Of a stretch of DNA of 64,000 nucleotides, positions 13,688 to 27,759 are shown in pieces (within the stretch, counting starts at the first letter, position 1; the number at the start of each line of letters is the position of its first letter). The notes beneath the pieces were generated by a model. The model was not told where the DNA came from and did not search any database. It worked only from the letters and a program-made list of their open reading frames with translations. A program made the position numbers and the translations under genes. Source of the stretch: Leucoraja ocellata (Eukaryota); assembly GCA_036785375.1 (NCBI GenBank), contig JAWMAR010000026.1, positions 8,432,001 through 8,496,000 on the forward strand, given 5' to 3'.

Positions 13688-16600
13688 CTGAGGGAACATT
13701 TATTTGAAAGGGAATAAACTCCGCATTTACAAACAACTGCGAAGACGAGCAAACACAAAACAAGCGAGTGGAAGCTGGGTCTGCACGACCAGTCATTCCA
13801 TTGCTATATATGGTTACTTCCCTATGATGAGATTACTAAAAAAGTAAACGGAAGCAACTCGTATCTAATTGGTTTGAGTTTCCTGAATAATTAGTGAACT
13901 ATTAGCCAAATCGTGAAACGCATGGGGCAAAACACTGACCGGAAGTGTGTTGGATGATGACTTCGAGGAAAATATAGAGTTGACGCGATTTCTGGGCTCA
14001 GACATGTTAGCAGATTTTCCGTCATATATCAGAACGAGCTACTCCGCAAAAAATATGACGTGTGAATTTTGAATTGGAACAGGATGGGCCTCGGTTGTGA
14101 TGCTTCACTAAGTAAATAATCCACGCGACACAGACGGATTAGACATAAACTATTTAGGATAACTCGAAGGATACGCAAGTACACGTCGCTGAATATGGGA
14201 GGATAAGGAAAAGTGCAAACGGTGCACATAGAGAGTTTCTCGAAAAGTGAATCCATCCTGTTGTCCCATCAATATCCTGTGAAACCATCAAAACAATTAC
14301 CTGTTTTTCGAAGTGGTGGGTTCTGGCCTCAATATTTTCTGGTGCTAGTAGAAAACATAATAAAACGACCAAATTTAATCATCAACGTATCACAACCTGC
14401 CTGCCGATAGTCAGTTAATAATCGCGTTGTCACCAGATTCGTTCGGCTGCAGAAATTGACCATTGCGGTCATGCTATCTTGTTATTTAAACAAATCCTCA
14501 CCTCGTTAGTCCTAATGCTAAGGAAAAGCATACGGAAAAGTTGAAACCCTATTGTTTGCTTCCGCTTTCCTGTGATAACTGCCCCCTATTTAAACAATCC
14601 GACATTTGCAGCATTTCACCTAGTGTTTAAAAACGCCTTCTTTTAGAACAAACAAAAACAATGATTTTGCAACCAACAGCTTAAACCGGTTAAAATGATG
14701 TTTGCCACAGAATGCTGCGGCCGGAAAAAGGCCCTGTGGTCTAAATCGTTATTTCAGCACTTCTCGTTCCCCCTTCAACTGAACATTGCTATTTTCGGAA
14801 GTAATTCAGCGGGTTAGGCAGCATCTACGGGGGACATCGATAGTCGAAGTTCCAGCTCAACCCCATGTCCCCTATCCATTGTCTATTCAGATGTTGCCAA
14901 ACCGCAGAGTTATTCCAGCACTGTGTCGCTAATTTCGTACAAGGATCAAATCACTTCTTACCTTCAGTACTGTGTAATTTGTACCGCCTGACATAACATA
15001 CCAACGCTGGAATAATTAGCACGCATATGGCAAATCCACCCGCCAGAAAGCAGACGAGTTTAACGCGTGTTCCTAAAGGGAAAATAAAAGCTGAATATTA
15101 TAACTTTTCAGAGGTTATCTTCATTAAATAATCAGAGTACACGAACCAGGGATTACAGAATGGGTTCCACATTTTCACTTTATTACGCTGAATTCCATCT
15201 GCCACTTATTTACCCCCTCTCCCAAGCTGTCCAAGTCCTCCCTGCTTCCTCAGCACTATCTGCCCCTGTACCCACCTTAATGTCATCTGAAAAATTGGCG
15301 AAAGAGCCATCAATTTCATCATCCTGATTTACATATAATGTAAAATGTAGCAGACACAACACCGACCCCTGCAGAACACCACTAGTCAACCGCAACAAAC
15401 CACAAAATGGCCCTTTATTGGCACAATTTGCCTTCTGCCAGTCAGCCAATCACCAATCCGTGCTAATCCCTTGCCTTTAATGCCTTGCGCTTCTATTTTA
15501 TTCAGCGGCCTCACGTGTGGCATCTCGTCAAAATTCCAAACAAAATGCATCCTTAATACGGATTCTAAAATTTAAAAATGTCAATCAGTAGCCTATAAAG
15601 ATTGAGCTTTTTTTTACTCTTCATACTGTCTGATTGTTGAGTATCTCAAACATTTCCCCTTGTTTCTCCTTCACACTTTATGTCTACATACTATTTTGAC
15701 ATTGTACGAATGCGCTTGTCACCCCCTCGCCCCGTTTCGCCGTGTTACTGGTGACAGGGAGGAAGCCCCAACTCTCCGGCAATCAAAATATAAACATTAA
15801 GGAAACGAATTACCTGGAATGAAAACATCAAAAATGAATTCCACTGCGCATAATAAAAACACGATTTCTCGTGCACGATCTGTAATGTACTTAGTATTCG
15901 GTAAAATAGATTATTCTACTGGGTTTCGGGACTGTGTCTTCTGTGTTGGGATCATTAATATCGTAAAGGCTGTTTAATTGAAATATCGACCGACTGTTGA
16001 CATTTTGGAAAGATAACTGCAGTCGATAGGGTTCATTTATCAACACAAGATCAGAATTATTCTGAGTTGTGATATATCTCTGAGAGGGTTTGGCGGACCA
16101 ATCATTGATTCACCATTGATGTGTTGCACATGCACTGTCCCAGCTTTCAAAATCGTTTGAACAATATAGACGTAAGTCACGTTATACAACCCCGAGAAAG
16201 TGACACTCTGGATCCATTCCTGGCACATCTTCGCAGTTATTAACTCTGCTGTTTCACATCTGCAGAGACCCTGGATCAAATCTGGCCTCCAGTGTTCTCC
16301 GGGGTTTTGATATTGCTACGGTGATCACGTTACTTCCGTAGGGTACTCTAACATCTTCCCAAATCTCAACCAGTTGCAGGATTGTTGGTTAATTTGCCAT
16401 TATACGTAGTCATTAAGTTTGAAGAAGGGTCTCAACCCGAAACGTCACCCATTCTTTCTCTCCAAAGACGCTGCCTGTCCCGTTGAGCTACGCCAGTATT
16501 TTGTGACTATCCTTGTCATTAATGTGATGGTCATTTTGTGGGGAGTTGGTGGAACTGTGCAGGGAATGAAATGGGGCGACAGTAGGTTTTGTACAATTGG

Positions 16601-19600
16601 GGTAGCTGATCCCAAGCACTTGTTTTCTTCCTCTAACTACATAAAATATGTACACTAGAACCGTTGGGTTTGGGGCTGGAGAAAAGTATACAGTCTCCGT
16701 CGCTGCGATTGAGCTTATTATTCATAATAGTGGGGAAGTGGAAAATTTATATTTATCATTTGTACCTTATGAAAACTCAAACGATGAAGAGACAACCAAG
16801 ATTAAACGATTGGGTTTATCAAACAAAAGAACAAAATATACAATGGGGGGAACCTGTCGAGAGAATTTCATAATGGTGACTAAAGTTAAAGCAGGTACAT
16901 AGCTAATGGAAATCTTATTATTTATCAAGAAAGAACTACCATGTAAGCAAGGAGGTTGTGCCATTGCGTTAATTCACATTACAGGCTCTCGTACTGGCAC
17001 CGTTATCTCCAGCGCATTTCCTCCGACTCAGCCAGGTGAACGTGCTCCATACCTATATGTATTTTCTGAGACATTGTTTGCCATTTTCTGATAATCGCAC
17101 GTTCTGTAATCGCAAACTTCACTGGACCTTAATTGGTACATGTGACAATAAACTGACCTTGAAACCTTGAATCGCTGTTTCTATAAGCACCCTTTACCTC
17201 AACGTGTTTGCCTCCATCATTGTTTGGTCCACAACCATGCATGCTCAATTTATCAGTCTGCTGCTCTGATATCTAGCCCCAACACCCACCTGGAACAAGA
17301 CGAGCTTTCTCCTTGTCCATAAACTCATACGGTCACAAGAAATAGGAGTAGAATTAAGCCTTTCGGTCCATCGTCTACTCCACAATTCAATCATATCTGA
17401 TCTATCTCTCCCTCCTTACCCCATTCTCCTGCATTCTCCCCATACCGCCGGACACCTGTACTAATCAAGAATCTATCTATCTCTGCCTATAAAATATCCA
17501 CTGACGGCCTGCACAGCCTTCTGTAGCAAATTATTCCGCAGATTCACCGTTAATCTGTAAGTAATCTTAAGTAATTTTAAGTGCTGCACAATTAGTAATG
17601 CGTTCGAAAAAAATCCCGTTATTTCAATTGGTAACCTGAAACTCTCAGACCAATAAAACAATGGGTGCCATTTAGCAAGTGCGAGGCACAGAAACATTCC
17701 GTAGGATGATTTAACAGGCCTTGGGTTCCCTGAGAAGGGCAACCACCACCTTGTGCTCAACAGCGACACATCTAGTAGAGCTGCTGTTTCACAGCACCAG
17801 AGATACAGGTTCAATTTTAACTTGGGCGTTGGGCCCTGTCTATGTGGAGTTTGCACTCTCTCCCTGTAATCATTTGGGTTTCCTCATGGTGCTCCAGGTT
17901 TCTCCCACATCTCAAAGACGTGTGGATTTGTGCGGCAGCAATCGAGACAGCAGGAGAGGTTATCGGGGATAGGAGTAGGATTGGGCCATTCGGCCATCCG
18001 CCATTCTATCGTGGCTGGTCTTTCTCTCCCTCCTAACCCCACGATCCCACCTTCTCCCCATAACCTCTGACACCTGTAATAATCAATCTCTGCCTAAAAA
18101 ATATCCACTGACGGCCTCCACGGCCTTCTTTTAATTATTTAATTCTGAGGCTATTACCTCTGGTCCTAGACTCGCCCACTAATGGAATCATCCTCTCCTC
18201 ATGCACTCTATCCAAGCCTTTCACTATTCTGTATGTTTCAATGAGGTCCCGTCTCATCTTCTAAACTCCAGCGAATAGTGCCGACAAACGCTCATCATAA
18301 TTTAACCTACTCATTCCCGGGTCTATTCTTGTAAACTTCTTCCATGCTACTACCCTCTAACTTCAATGAATCATTAAGCGACCATCGGACCGCCTGACTG
18401 CTGTTCTCCCTCCACTTTCTTTCTCGCAAAGGTATTATTTCACCACAAACCATCTTCACTATCCTGTATCCGGGAACACCTATTTGCCTTCTCACCGTAC
18501 CTTCGCATTGAGCGATAGATATTATAATGTTTGTCCTTTCAAAACTTCCATTAACACCATCCAGTGATCTGCGTACTCCCGCCAGAGTTCACCTTTTCAG
18601 ATTTCAATTGCTCCAGTATATTTGGTGAGGTCTATTTTAGTTGGGAAACACCAAATGCAAACGGGAGCTGCGGAAGCACAGCGGCGCAGCTATAGAGCTG
18701 CTGCATCACAGCGCGAGAGACACAGGTTTGATCCGAACCATGAATGCTGTCCGTGTGGAAGGTGTACGCTCTCAATGTGACTGCGTTGGTGTTCTTCGGG
18801 TGATATGGCCTCCTCGCACATCCCACATAGAATGGATGTGCAAGTGTGTAGGCTAATTGGCTTCTGTAAGTTGTCGCCAGTGTCCAGGAAGTGGATGAAA
18901 AAGTGTTCTAACAGAGAACTATATACTGGTGATCGATGATCAGCGCGGACCTGGTGTGCTGAAGGCTCCGTTTCCACGCGGTGTCTCTAAAACTAACACT
19001 GTCAATATGAAGATGTTAACTCAATTTCCAATTGTACCTAAAATCGTAATCCATCTTACATTTTCAATTTGTTTCCTTTACTTCTCGTCCTACCTCAACG
19101 AAGTCACAAGAATGTGTTATGGAATCTCTTCTAACTGCATTGACTAAAACCTTAGACCTGAGCAATGAATTCACCAATTTCAGAAAATTGGATGAAAACT
19201 GGCAGTTTCTATGAATGAAAATAATGGAATAAATTCTGGGCGATGCTGGGCGAATAAAATTAACTAAACATAGAAACCATCAGCTGGAATTATCGTTTAT
19301 CCGTATTGTGTTCGCATATTTTCTTATTTCTCCTTTATTTTCATTTTCCTCTTCTATTTGAATCCCATCACAGATCAGCAACGATGATTAAAAATATATA
19401 TCTGAGTTAATGACCGCGTATGTTACTAAATTTCCCTTGGTCTCTGCCCTCCGGTTCATTGGTTTGGTCCCGTGGAACTTGTTTCCATGTTGGATTACCA
19501 TCCCTCTCCAACGTTACAGCGATAAGACTACACATTATTTTACATTTAAGCAATGTCCTTATTATGCAGGGAAACAGCTTTACAAGTATTTGCTGAGACG

Positions 19601-22600
19601 ACTTGTTGGTGTTCTGTGTGCAGTCCTGGTCATCCTGCTATACGTAGAATGTCATGTTGGAAAAGGTGCAGAAAGGAATCAGCAAGGTATTACCTGGAAT
19701 TCATGGCTGGAGTTATCCGGTGATGCTGAGCAGGTTGTGAGCTCTTCCCATGAGGTATAGGAGGTTTACCTAATTCAAGTATATAAAATTATGATGGGCG
19801 TAGAGAAAGTGAATGCTTATAGCCGTTTTTGCCAGGGTAATGGATTCTCAACATGGAAGGTTACGAGGCGCCCAAGGGGCAATTTATTTCTGAGGAAGCT
19901 ACAGAAGCGTATTCAATTGCGATTTTCAAAGGAATCTTGGATAGATATTTGGATAGGAAACATTTAGAGGGGAAATTGTCAAATGCGGAGAGAAGGGTCT
20001 AGGCCAGAATGGCAATTTGCTCGACGTGGACGGGGCGGGCCGACGGGCCATGCTTCCATGCTGTAGAGCTCTATATAATCGGAAATACACAGCGAGTTCC
20101 AGCGTCCGCTATTACACAAACATGCAAACACAACTGTCATATTTGCGCGATATTTCTTACTAATCAGTATCTAATTTCGTACACGGGTCCTACCTTTCCA
20201 TTTCAACAAAGGCATGCCCACAATCTCCATTCAAATAGTTAAAAACCGTCTGGCGTAAACTTTAGGTGGGAATTCATGAAATGCCTCGACATAAAACAGT
20301 GCTATATCTCAGGACGTTATTGAAGGTATAAACCTCATACCCATTCCAGGAAAACTGTGAGTTTCAACGGTCGGAACCAGGAGGGTGACGTGAGACACGT
20401 GGCAACTAAAATTCGATCGGCGATCCAGTACATGCAGGAAGCTGGAAGCAAGGTATAATCCCTCGTCGTTCCGTATTTTAGTGGTACTTATTCCAGAAGT
20501 GATTTCTTGGTCATCTTTATACCAGGTAAGTTCACAGTCCGCCGGGAAAAACGGAGCAGTCGTACAGTTTAGGGCCAGGGAAGGAGTGTTCATCTGTTTA
20601 ATCTTCAAAGGCGTCGGTGACACTGCAAACAATTTAAGACAAATTAGTTAGTACCCCTATATGTTTGTTTAGAAGTAATCGCTTTCGAAATGGATAATAC
20701 CATACCTTCTTGGGCGCTCCTTTAATAGTAAAGTATTTCAGCTACGTTGTTGGAAATATATAGTACAGCAAATACTTGTTATAACGCAGTTGCACCGGAC
20801 CACTATATATGAGCGCTATGTGAGGCGGGTGTCACCACCCATCACTTTTCCCAATGCCTTAATTCTGCCCATGCGACGAATGGAGAAACTATCGGCATGG
20901 CCGACTGAGTCTGGGGACGAGGGGCCAGCCAAGTCTCTGAAATAGAGCACAGAGCATTCGGTCATCTTTGATGAAGCTACCTTGCCTCTGGGATTTCCTT
21001 GTCATGGGCGATTCTCTTTCTATAATGCTTAACAGTTTTAGTTTATTATCACGTGTACCGAGCCACAGTGAAATGCTTTTTGTCGTGTGCTCAATCAGCG
21101 AAATTACTACACATGATTACAATTAAGCCGTCCGCATTGTACAGATTCAGGATTACCGGATAACGGTTAGTTCACGATAAAGTCCAGTAAAGTCCGATAA
21201 AAGATAGTTTGAAGATAGTTTGAGAATCTCCAGTTAGATAGATGGCAGGACTTGACCTCTCTCTAGTTGGTGAAAAGACGGTTTTGGGTACCTGCTGGGA
21301 ATGCAACGTTGCTACACCAGACAAAGCAGACTTCAACGTGGTACAATCAAACGGAAAATTGCGTTAATTAAGTATTCAGTAGTTGTTGATGTGGGTTTGA
21401 AATGGCGCGCTGTGCGGTGGGAAGGGCGTACTCAGTTGGGTGAAGTCTTTCTGGCATATTTCCACCCAAAGATCGACTATAACGCTAACGTGTAATTGCC
21501 ATTCAGAGTGAAGCTTCTGTTCTCCCACTCGACGCTCTGCTGGGTTCCAATGAAGCTCGACGAAAAATGACGGATAACGTTTTGATTAATATTCTCAATT
21601 TGCAATTTAATCATTTGAATTCTGGTTCTACTTTTATCTCCTTTGTTTAGATATTTTGTGACGTTGCATTATTCTCAGATTTCTCCCCGTTTATAATTTA
21701 ATGTTTTTTTTTCGTCTTCCATCCATACTAATACGCCACCACGCACCCCACCTATTCTTCCTTACGGTATCTCTGAATTTCTTGAACAATTTTCACCATG
21801 AACTTTTGTTACTTCCGCTATAACGTTCTAGGCAGAAACTAATTTCAGTAGTCACAGATGTGTTGTGACTCGTATTTTATCATTGATTTTCTTTGAAACT
21901 ATGAATTCCTAAAATCACGTTAGAATAGTCTTACACAAGATTGCGGTTAGAATATATCACGCTCACTATTCATCAAATGTTTCTTCTATCTACATACGTT
22001 TTGTTAACATTTACTATTTGGACTAGATATAACTACATAAATGGTCAAGTATGGTTATTCTGCAACAAAGAGCTCAATTCGTGATCCCCCAAGAATGCTC
22101 CATAGATACATAGACACATAGAATATAGGTGCAGGAGTAGGCCATTCGGCCCTTCAATCTGATCATGGCTGACCATCATCTGGATATCACAGGTCTCGAC
22201 TCGAACGCAATGCTTTTTTGACTAAACGACTGCAGCTACAATACTCACTAACATATGACGGAATATATATAATTGACTACTATCTGCAATCTTAATCTCT
22301 ACTCCTTTTGCAGGATGCAGTTGAGGGGCCGCCAAGAAAGTTAACCCTACACATAAAAATGATAATTAATTGGTATGAAATTAAAGAATAACGATTGCCC
22401 AAAGGTCTCATGGTCCAACAATCACGAAAAACCAATTACGTAGATCGTTAGAGCATAACTTCTAGTACCGACTGAGAAAGGGTCCGTTTATTGCTACTTC
22501 ATAACTCTGTCGCACACCATATTCCTTTTTGTATTGTGATTCGAAACATCAAGGAAGACTCACCGTTTACAATAATCCTCGTGCCATTGCTTTTAGAAAT

Positions 22601-23110
22601 CTTTCCATTCCCGCCTCTCACACTGCAATAATAGATCCCGGAGTCACGGAAGCTCACGTTCAACAGATGTAATTCGGCCGATCCCTTCAGGACATTGTTC
22701 ATTATCATCCTCCTGTTTGCGGTGGGATTCAACGTCCCTTCTTGACCGTCTCTCTTCCAGTATACATCCACCTGTGCATTCTGACCGAAGTTCGGGAAAG
22801 TACAGTATAGGGATACATTTTCACCTTTCACTTTCGTTACCTCATCAGGAATCTGACGCACCCTGAACGAGGAGGCCTCTTCAGTAACTGTCAAAATTAA
22901 AAACAAACGTTAAACATGTGAAATGACAATGAACGGATTGATAAAAATGCAAATAGCTGAAATAGCTCGACCCAAAAGTAAGTTACACATCTTATACTTT
23001 TCGCGGATTGACCTTTTCCCTGTTATTTTCGTTTAATAGAGGGAAATATATTAACCTGTGTGACTCATGAGCAGGGCCGAGAGACACAGCAGCACGGCAA
23101 ACATAAACAT
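13382..23110 (-). CDS. Gene B1: complete inhibitory VJ-C1-TM IgSF receptor (NKp30/CD28-like V, SIRP-alpha-like tail), 341 aa
   Basis: Exons (minus strand): leader 23056-23110 (MFMFAVLLCLSALLMSHT), V 22564-22887, C1 20341-20622, TM 14962-15072 (LVCFLAGGFAICVLIIPALVCYV), cyt1 14301-14344, cyt2 13601-13687, cyt3 13382-13504 with TAG. All GT-AG and phase-consistent, total 1026 nt. Tail motifs SYADM, TTYGQV, LTYATL, TEYAGI. Confidence 0.88.
14962..15072 (-). CDS. B1 transmembrane exon (neutral TM)
   Basis: ccctttag|GA...GAA G|gtaag; GTRVKLVCFLAGGFAICVLIIPALVCYVRRYKLHSTE. Confidence 0.85.
17960..18330 (-). mobile_element. CR1-type LINE 3' fragment (degenerate)
   Basis: Reverse-strand similarity to the other CR1 3' ends in the window. 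Confidence 0.6.
18680..18995 (+). mobile_element. tRNA-derived SINE (HE1-like); related copies near 1283-1460, 17750-17930, 23690-23995, 40205-40375, 54750-55050
   Basis: gcacagcggcgcagc...gagctgctg.ctcacagcg.cagaga head and ctctaaaactaa-type tail recur across the window. Confidence 0.6.
20341..20622 (-). CDS. B1 C1-set exon
   Basis: LNCTTAPFFPADCELTWYK...LYLASSFL...FSCHVSHVTL; C1-set FxP, W, YxxxSxL and CxVxH motifs. Confidence 0.9.
22564..22887 (-). CDS. B1 V-set exon (germline-joined VJ type)
   Basis: SLYC...VYW...LHLLNV...DSGIYYC...KSNGTRIIV; canonical V-set C/W/DxGxYxC; G strand lies in the same exon; phase-1 boundaries. Confidence 0.92.
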
Positions 23111-23229
23111 TCTGAAGCAAGATGATGAAATTCAACGATGTTTGTTCTCTGACAGCGAGTCAAGCAGTGAAGCTTGTTGGCGAGCGTCTTGCAGCAATAC
23201 CGCGTGGTCCGAATGGTTCCGTTTTACTT

Positions 23230-23237
23230 TGACGTCA
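23230..23237. promoter_or_regulatory. CRE-like palindrome TGACGTCA about 120 bp upstream of the B1 ATG
   Basis: Perfect TGACGTCA, retained in the B2 paralog at 54290-54297. Confidence 0.35.
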
Positions 23238-24012
23238 TAGCGCTGGAAAGCACAGCCAATGTCACGGAGAACACAGACGTTGCAGATATTATCTAGAAAA
23301 TATGGTGCATTGTGTATATCATTGAAAGTTTTGCTTTGATGCAGCTTCGCTCAGGTCACAAACCCGGTTAACCTTTACAGATGCTTTACATGATACGGCC
23401 AATCGAAAGTAGAATATCAAAGTAACGCAAAGAGAAATACATAAATAGAATTCGTGGAAAGTGTCGAAAAGAAATGCCTCGCCAGTCAAATCTAAGCGCT
23501 TTACAGATACTGCAGCAGTTAGAATGGGGGAAGAAAACCAACGCGTAGAACAAATAATCATATACTGTACATTATCTCTGCCTTGGGGTAAAAAGACAAA
23601 TAATGTTTATAGATATGCCGGTGAATAAAGGACGGGCGCAGAGGATAGACAAAAATAAATACTTTCAAAACCTAAATGTTACTAAAGAGTTTAGAATTTA
23701 GAGAATATAGAAACAGTCCCATCGGAGCATCGAATCCACGACAACCATCGATCACCTCTTGACACCAGTTCCATGTTATCCCACTTTCTCACCCACTACC
23801 TGCATGTTAAGGGCAATTTACAGCAGCCAACAAAGCAGCAATTCTTTGGGATGTAGGAAGAAATCAGAGCACACGTAGAAACCCCATGTGGTTATAAGGA
23901 GAACTTGCAAATTCCACACAGACAGCACCGAACTAGGTTAGGGTCAAACGAGGATCTCCGGCAATGGGAGGCAGCATCTCGACCAGTTACCACAATTGAA
24001 GAGGTTTATGAT

Positions 24013-25760
24013 TTGATTTGATTTGATTCAACTTTATTGTCATTGCACAAATACGAGTACAAGTACAACGAAATGCAGTTCAGCATCTAATCAGAGTGCA
24101 AGATAGTAAAAATACTGGTTAAAACAATATGTGCAATGTGGATGAATTAAACTAGTACATAGGCAATAAATGTATACAGATAAAAGAGTATAAATATAGC
24201 TAGCGTCGGGCCTGTGAGTTCAGCAAGGTGGTGGTATTTTGGAAAAAGCTGTTCCTCAGCCTGCTTGTGCGAGACCTGAGGCTCCTGTACCGCGGTTAGG
24301 GTGAGAGGGGTCCATAATGATTTTCCCGCCCGTCTCAGACACCGTTTGCGGTGGAGGGCATCCATGGCAGGGAGCGGGGCATCGATGATGTGCTGAGCGG
24401 TTTTCACCACACGTTGCAGTGCCATCCTGTCAGCTGTTGTGCAGCTGCTGTACCATACCGTGGAGCAAGTGGTCAGGATGCTTTCAATGGTACAGCGGTA
24501 GAAGTTGGACAGGATCTGGGGGGACAGGTGAACTTTCTTAAGCCTCCTCAGAAGGTAAAGGCGCTGTTGCGCCTTTTTGATCAGTTTGGTGGTATTAAGG
24601 GACCAGGACAGATCCTCTGAGATATGTACCCCGAGGAATTTGTAGTTGGAGACGCGCTCCACCTCAGTCCCGTTTATGTGGATGGGGGTATGTCTGCCAC
24701 CTCTGGTCTTCCTGAAGTCTACGTTGATTTCCTTCGTCTTCTTTGAGTTGATGAAGAGGTTATTATTGGTACATCAGGCTGCCAGGTTCTGGACCCCCTC
24801 CCTGTAGGCTGATTCGTTATTGTCTCTGATCAGTCCTACCACCGTGGTGTCATCGGCGAATTTTATGATGGCGTTGGAGCCATACATAGGGACGCAGTCA
24901 TGGGTGAAGAAGGAGTAGAGGAGAGGGCTGAGCACACAGCCCTGTGGCACGCCAGTGTTCAGTGTCAGAGTGGAGGAGGTGAGGTTGTTGATCCTAACAG
25001 ACTGGGATCTGTTGCTGAGGAAATCCAGTGTCCAATTGCAGAGGGAGGTGGTGATGCCAACACCGCTAAGTTTGGTGATCAAACTGGCGCGGATGACAAT
25101 ATTAAATGCGGAGCTGAAATCGATGAACAACAACCTGATGTAGGAGTTGTTATTGACCACGTGGGTCAGGGCAGAGTGTAGGGCCGCAGATGTGGCGTCC
25201 TCTGTAGACCTGTTGGGCCGGTAGGCAAACTGACGGGGGTCCAGTGTGGGAGGGAGGCTGGATTTGAGGTGAGCCAAGATCAGTCGCTCAAAGCACTTCG
25301 CGATGACAGGGGTGAGTGCCGCTGGGCAAAAGTTATTGAGACTCCCTGAAGCTGACTGTTTGGGCATTGGCACATTGGTTGAGGTCTTGAGGCAAGTAGA
25401 GACGACATCCTGGGCCAGTGACAGATTGAAAATGTCAGTGAAGACCAGGGATAGTTGTCCAGCACATGCCCTGAGCACACGCCCGGGATGCCATGGGGCC
25501 GGCAGCTTTGTGCTCATTCACTTTGCTCAGTACAGCAGAGGTGGAGAGACTGAGGGGTTGTCCATTCGGGGGTGGGGCAGCTTTGATGGCCGGTGTTATA
25601 TTGTCCCGATCAAAACGAGCATAGAAGTAGTTTAGCTCGTCAGGAAGGGAGGCGTTGTCTGGGGGGGGGGGGGGTGTTAACTTTATTGTAGTCGGTAATG
25701 GACTTGATGCTTTGCCACATGCGTCTGGGTTCGGAGATGTTTTGAAAATGCTCCTCGAAA
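24013..25760 (-). mobile_element. Rex1/Babar-type non-LTR retrotransposon, 5'-truncated, present in block 1 only
   Basis: RT motifs [13 protein letters not shown] and [13 protein letters not shown]-terminal KKAQQRLYLLRRLKK; AATAAA plus (CAAAT)n tail; empty site at about 55065. Confidence 0.85.
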
Positions 25761-27164
25761 ATGCGCCCAAGCATTGATGAATTCCAATCAGCTGGTCTTC
25801 AATACTCACAGATTTGTGGAATTTTGAAATATATATATTGGATATTATCCTCCGTGGTTCTATAGATTCAGTAATTATTCCTGGATAGTTCTGAATAGCA
25901 AATGTGAACCTTGCGTTTCGGGCAGCGAGAGAAAGAGAGGGATAGGATCGCCGCGAAACGGGAAGGTTAGATCAAATGTCATAGCAAACACGTGCTGCCT
26001 TGTAATTCTTGTTGTGCACATCGTGGCTCGTCTGCACGTGGCTGCTGCGTCTTTGGGGGTTTCCTCGGACTTTCAATCTTCCGAAGGCTTTTCAAAATTG
26101 GGGCTCGGCGAAAAGAGCACATAGAATAGGGATCAGCAGAGACGGGTGAATTGTGACTTGGTTAATGATTCGAAAGCGAAGAATCGGAATAGACAGACAC
26201 TTCTCAATGTGGCAGCTCGTCACCAATGGAAATTAGGCTGTGGGCCGAGCATCAAAAATGTGTCTAGAAATCGGGTTCGTGCCTCAAGTCACCGAACTAC
26301 AAGCAATTTCCCATAGATTTAGATGAAATATAAGTGAGAAGGAAGTCATAACTCGTCAGTGTCAAAAGTTGCACATTAATTAATTAAAATAATTTGAAAA
26401 TGAAATCGGGAAAGTAAGCGCCATCTAGTGGCCCATTCTCATATTGCACCACAGGCTGCTTATTTCCGTGTTGCAGTCCATTTAAACTATATTATTATAC
26501 CTATATATATATGACTTGTAAATATGACTGTAATCATATATAATTAAGTATAATTATATTATATGAAAATAATATGATTAATATAATTGTGAGTGTTTTT
26601 TTAATGACACTGTCGCAGAGGTCCTGCTCCTGAACCAGCCTAATTAATGGGTGAGGGCAGTTCTTGTGGGTTCCTCCCTTTACTGAACCCCACTGACTGC
26701 CAGTGTGCAGAGTGTGGTCACGGCCATAGTGGGACTGGGGCAGTTCCAGGCTGGGGGACAGTCCTGCAAGGCATCTTCCAGTCGCTTTAACAGGAAATGT
26801 AATGAAACTGCAGCAGAGGTCCCAGGTTTTAAGGGCTCGTGAACCTGCCCAATTAAAGGGTCAGAACAGATCCTCTGGGTTCCCCGTTTTACTGAACCCC
26901 ACTGACTGCCATAGTGGGGATAGTGGGGGCAATGGCCATAGTGGGACTGTGGCAGACCTGTAAGAGACCTGTCTTATTTCTGATGTAAATGTCACATCCT
27001 GACCAAGAATCGAATACTCTGATGTTTACTCGATGAGTATTCATTTTAAGCTACAATGAGCCTATATATATATATATGATAGAGACCCCCCTTGCAAATG
27101 AGGGCTATTGCCTTTAACCTAAAATAACCCTAAAAGTGTTGCATTATTTGAGTATCTGTAGTTT

Positions 27165-27360
27165 GTGCGTGTGTGTCTGTGTATACCTGTCAAACGTGTA
27201 TCTGTGGATGTGTGGATGTAAGTGTGCATGTATATGTGTATGTATGTGTGTGTGTGTGTGTGGATGTATGTGTGCATGTATGTGTGTGTGTGTATGCATG
27301 GAAGTGTGCGTACGGATGGATGTGTGTGTGGATGTGTGTATGTATGTGTGGATGGGTGGG
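27165..27360. repeat. (TG)/(TGTA)-rich microsatellite
   Basis: Seen directly. Confidence 0.9.
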
Positions 27361-27759
27361 CGGTTGCACTGTCATTCACCCGCACGCCATTATCATCAGT
27401 AATTCACTCATTGTTTAAATAATTTGACCAAATAAACAGTGAAACGATCGACACTAAAATAAAACTTTATATAATCATTTACTTCCACAATTTATTTGTT
27501 TACATTACATCTGATCGTCATCTGGATATTCTTCATCAGATTCCAAGTCTTTTGATAAGTTTTGATAAGTCCATTGATAAGTTAGTTCAAGTCCAAGTGG
27601 AAGGTCAAGCAGAGGCCAAAAAAAACATCTCATAGTCATTAAGTCTGCATCGACTTCAATTCATAACACTTCAACCTCTTCTTAATGTTAATGAGAATAC
27701 CACTGTTACTACCATAGATAAATTATGTTCAAGTTTGTTCAAATACACCAATTCATTTC

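Larger units (their letters stand above)
1..26230 (+). repeat. Segmental duplication, block 1 (paralogous to about 38540-56510)
   Basis: Collinear similarity by eye: 1-2670 vs 38540-41665; 13215-15540 vs 43720-46860; 19280-24010 vs 48280-55070; 25760-26230 vs 55070-56510. Confidence 0.85.

Noticed and set aside
13545-13796. ORF-track 83-aa minus ORF
   Set aside because: Overlaps the real B1 exon in another frame; the tyrosine-motif frame fits splice phase and paralogy.
15814-15879. Alternative minus-strand TM-like exon (DRAREIVFLLCAVEFIFDVFIP)
   Set aside because: Acidic residues within the stretch and absent from block 2; 14962-15072 is a much better TM exon and is conserved.
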